Origin: Selenomonadaceae bacterium
GTDB lineage: Bacteria > Bacillota > Negativicutes > Selenomonadales > Selenomonadaceae
Assembly (NCBI GenBank): GCA_017527075.1
Contig: JAFXQM010000009.1
Coordinates: 45,419 to 109,418, forward strand
Direction of reading: 5' to 3'
Length of the DNA: 64,000 nucleotides
A program made the translations under genes and the position numbers. The notes under the pieces are model-generated. The model worked only from the letters and a program-made list of their open reading frames with translations, was not told where the DNA came from and ran no database searches. Shown in pieces: positions 63,243 through 64,000 of the stretch (its first letter is position 1; each line of letters opens with the position of its first letter).

Positions 63243-64000
63243 TTGGCAAACGTCGACAAGGAAGCACTGGCTCTGCACAAGACCAATCGCGGCAAACTCG
63301 AAGTCAGGAGCAAGGTGCCGCTGAAGACGAACAAAGATTTGACGCTTGCATATACGCCGGGCGTCGCGGCTCCCTGCCTGGAGATTAAAGAGGACTTCGA
63401 TAAAATTTACGATTACACAAATCGCGGGAACTTGGTCGCGGTCGTCACGAACGGCACGGCTGTCCTCGGCTTGGGCGATATCGGCGCGGGCGCGGGGCTC
63501 CCCGTCATGGAGGGCAAGGCGATTCTCTTCAAAGGTTTCGCGGGCGTCGACGCCATTCCGATTTGCCTCAACACAAAGAGCGTCCCCGAAATTATCAAGA
63601 CGATTCAGCTCATGGCTCCGAGCTTCGGCGGCATTAACTTGGAAGACATCAAGGCACCCGAATGCTTCGACATTGAGCAGGCTTTGAAAGACTCCGTTGA
63701 CATTCCCGTCTTTCACGATGACCAACACGGCACGGCGATTGTCGTGGCGGCCGCTCTGATTAACGCGCTGAGACTCGTCGGCAAAGAGTTCAAAGATATA
63801 AAAGTCGTCGTCAACGGCGCGGGCGCGGCGGGCATGGCGATAACTTATCTGATTCAAAAGATGGGCGCGAAGAATGTCATGCTGTGCGATTCGACCGGCG
63901 CGATTTACGAGGGACGCGGCAAGGGCATGAATCCTTACAAAGACCAAATCGCTGCCGTCACGAATTTCGACAAGGAGGCGGGGCAACTCGTCGACATCAT
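63243..64000 (+). CDS. NAD(P)-dependent malic enzyme (malate dehydrogenase, decarboxylating), 5' part; runs off the window
   Basis: My translation from TTG at 63243 gives (M)[108 protein letters not shown]. It is not in the ORF track because it has a TTG start and no stop. Confidence 0.85.
   Translation, partial: MANVDKEALALHKTNRGKLEVRSKVPLKTNKDLTLAYTPGVAAPCLEIKEDFDKIYDYTNRGNLVAVVTNGTAVLGLGDIGAGAGLPVMEGKAILFKGFAGVDAIPICLNTKSVPEIIKTIQLMAPSFGGINLEDIKAPECFDIEQALKDSVDIPVFHDDQHGTAIVVAAALINALRLVGKEFKDIKVVVNGAGAAGMAITYLIQKMGAKNVMLCDSTGAIYEGRGKGMNPYKDQIAAVTNFDKEAGQLVDI

Overview
This looks like a chromosomal window from an anaerobic bacterium. It carries CodY, DhaKLM, a four-subunit 2-oxoacid:ferredoxin oxidoreductase, a flavodiiron protein and ExbBD/TonB, which suggests a diderm Firmicutes- or Synergistota-like lineage, but the taxon cannot be fixed from the sequence alone. 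The backbone is housekeeping: topA(partial)-dprA, proC, ridA-ecfA, rpsF-ssb-rpsR-tRNA-Ala, pyrH-frr-uppS-[six GT2 paralogs]-cdsA-dxr-rseP, codY, apbE, dhaKLM, uvrA, korDABG, glnA and a malic enzyme. There is also a 12-gene ExbBD-TonB / FTR1-P19 / ABC iron-uptake cluster. The accessory or unusual content is: (1) a compact, translationally coupled MotA-like / MotB-OmpA-like / HNH-nuclease cassette (41390-45329, minus strand). It resembles a type II Zorya defence system, is wedged between two genes that I expect to be neighbours, and its MotB-like gene is disrupted by a 10-bp tandem duplication. (2) Five copies of a ~215-270-nt interspersed element whose hairpins covary between copies, which points to a structured RNA/DNA element rather than a gene. 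Several copies sit inside operons. (3) A stand-alone NRPS-type condensation-domain protein followed by a double-glycine-leader peptide. (4) A 28-aa holin-like/type I toxin-like ORF with a sequestered RBS, a convergent terminator and tandem look-alike repeats. (5) A GmrSD-like DUF262/DUF1524 gene in an AT-rich patch, a DUF488 two-gene cassette and a large TerD-like-domain protein. (6) The octamer AAAATTTT is strongly over-represented throughout coding and non-coding DNA, and there are several families of short tandem arrays (TTAGGAG heptamers, 18-19-mers, 39-mers, a 79-mer). Gene starts were re-evaluated against RBS positions. The ORF track translates TTG/GTG starts as M and often over-extends 5' ends.
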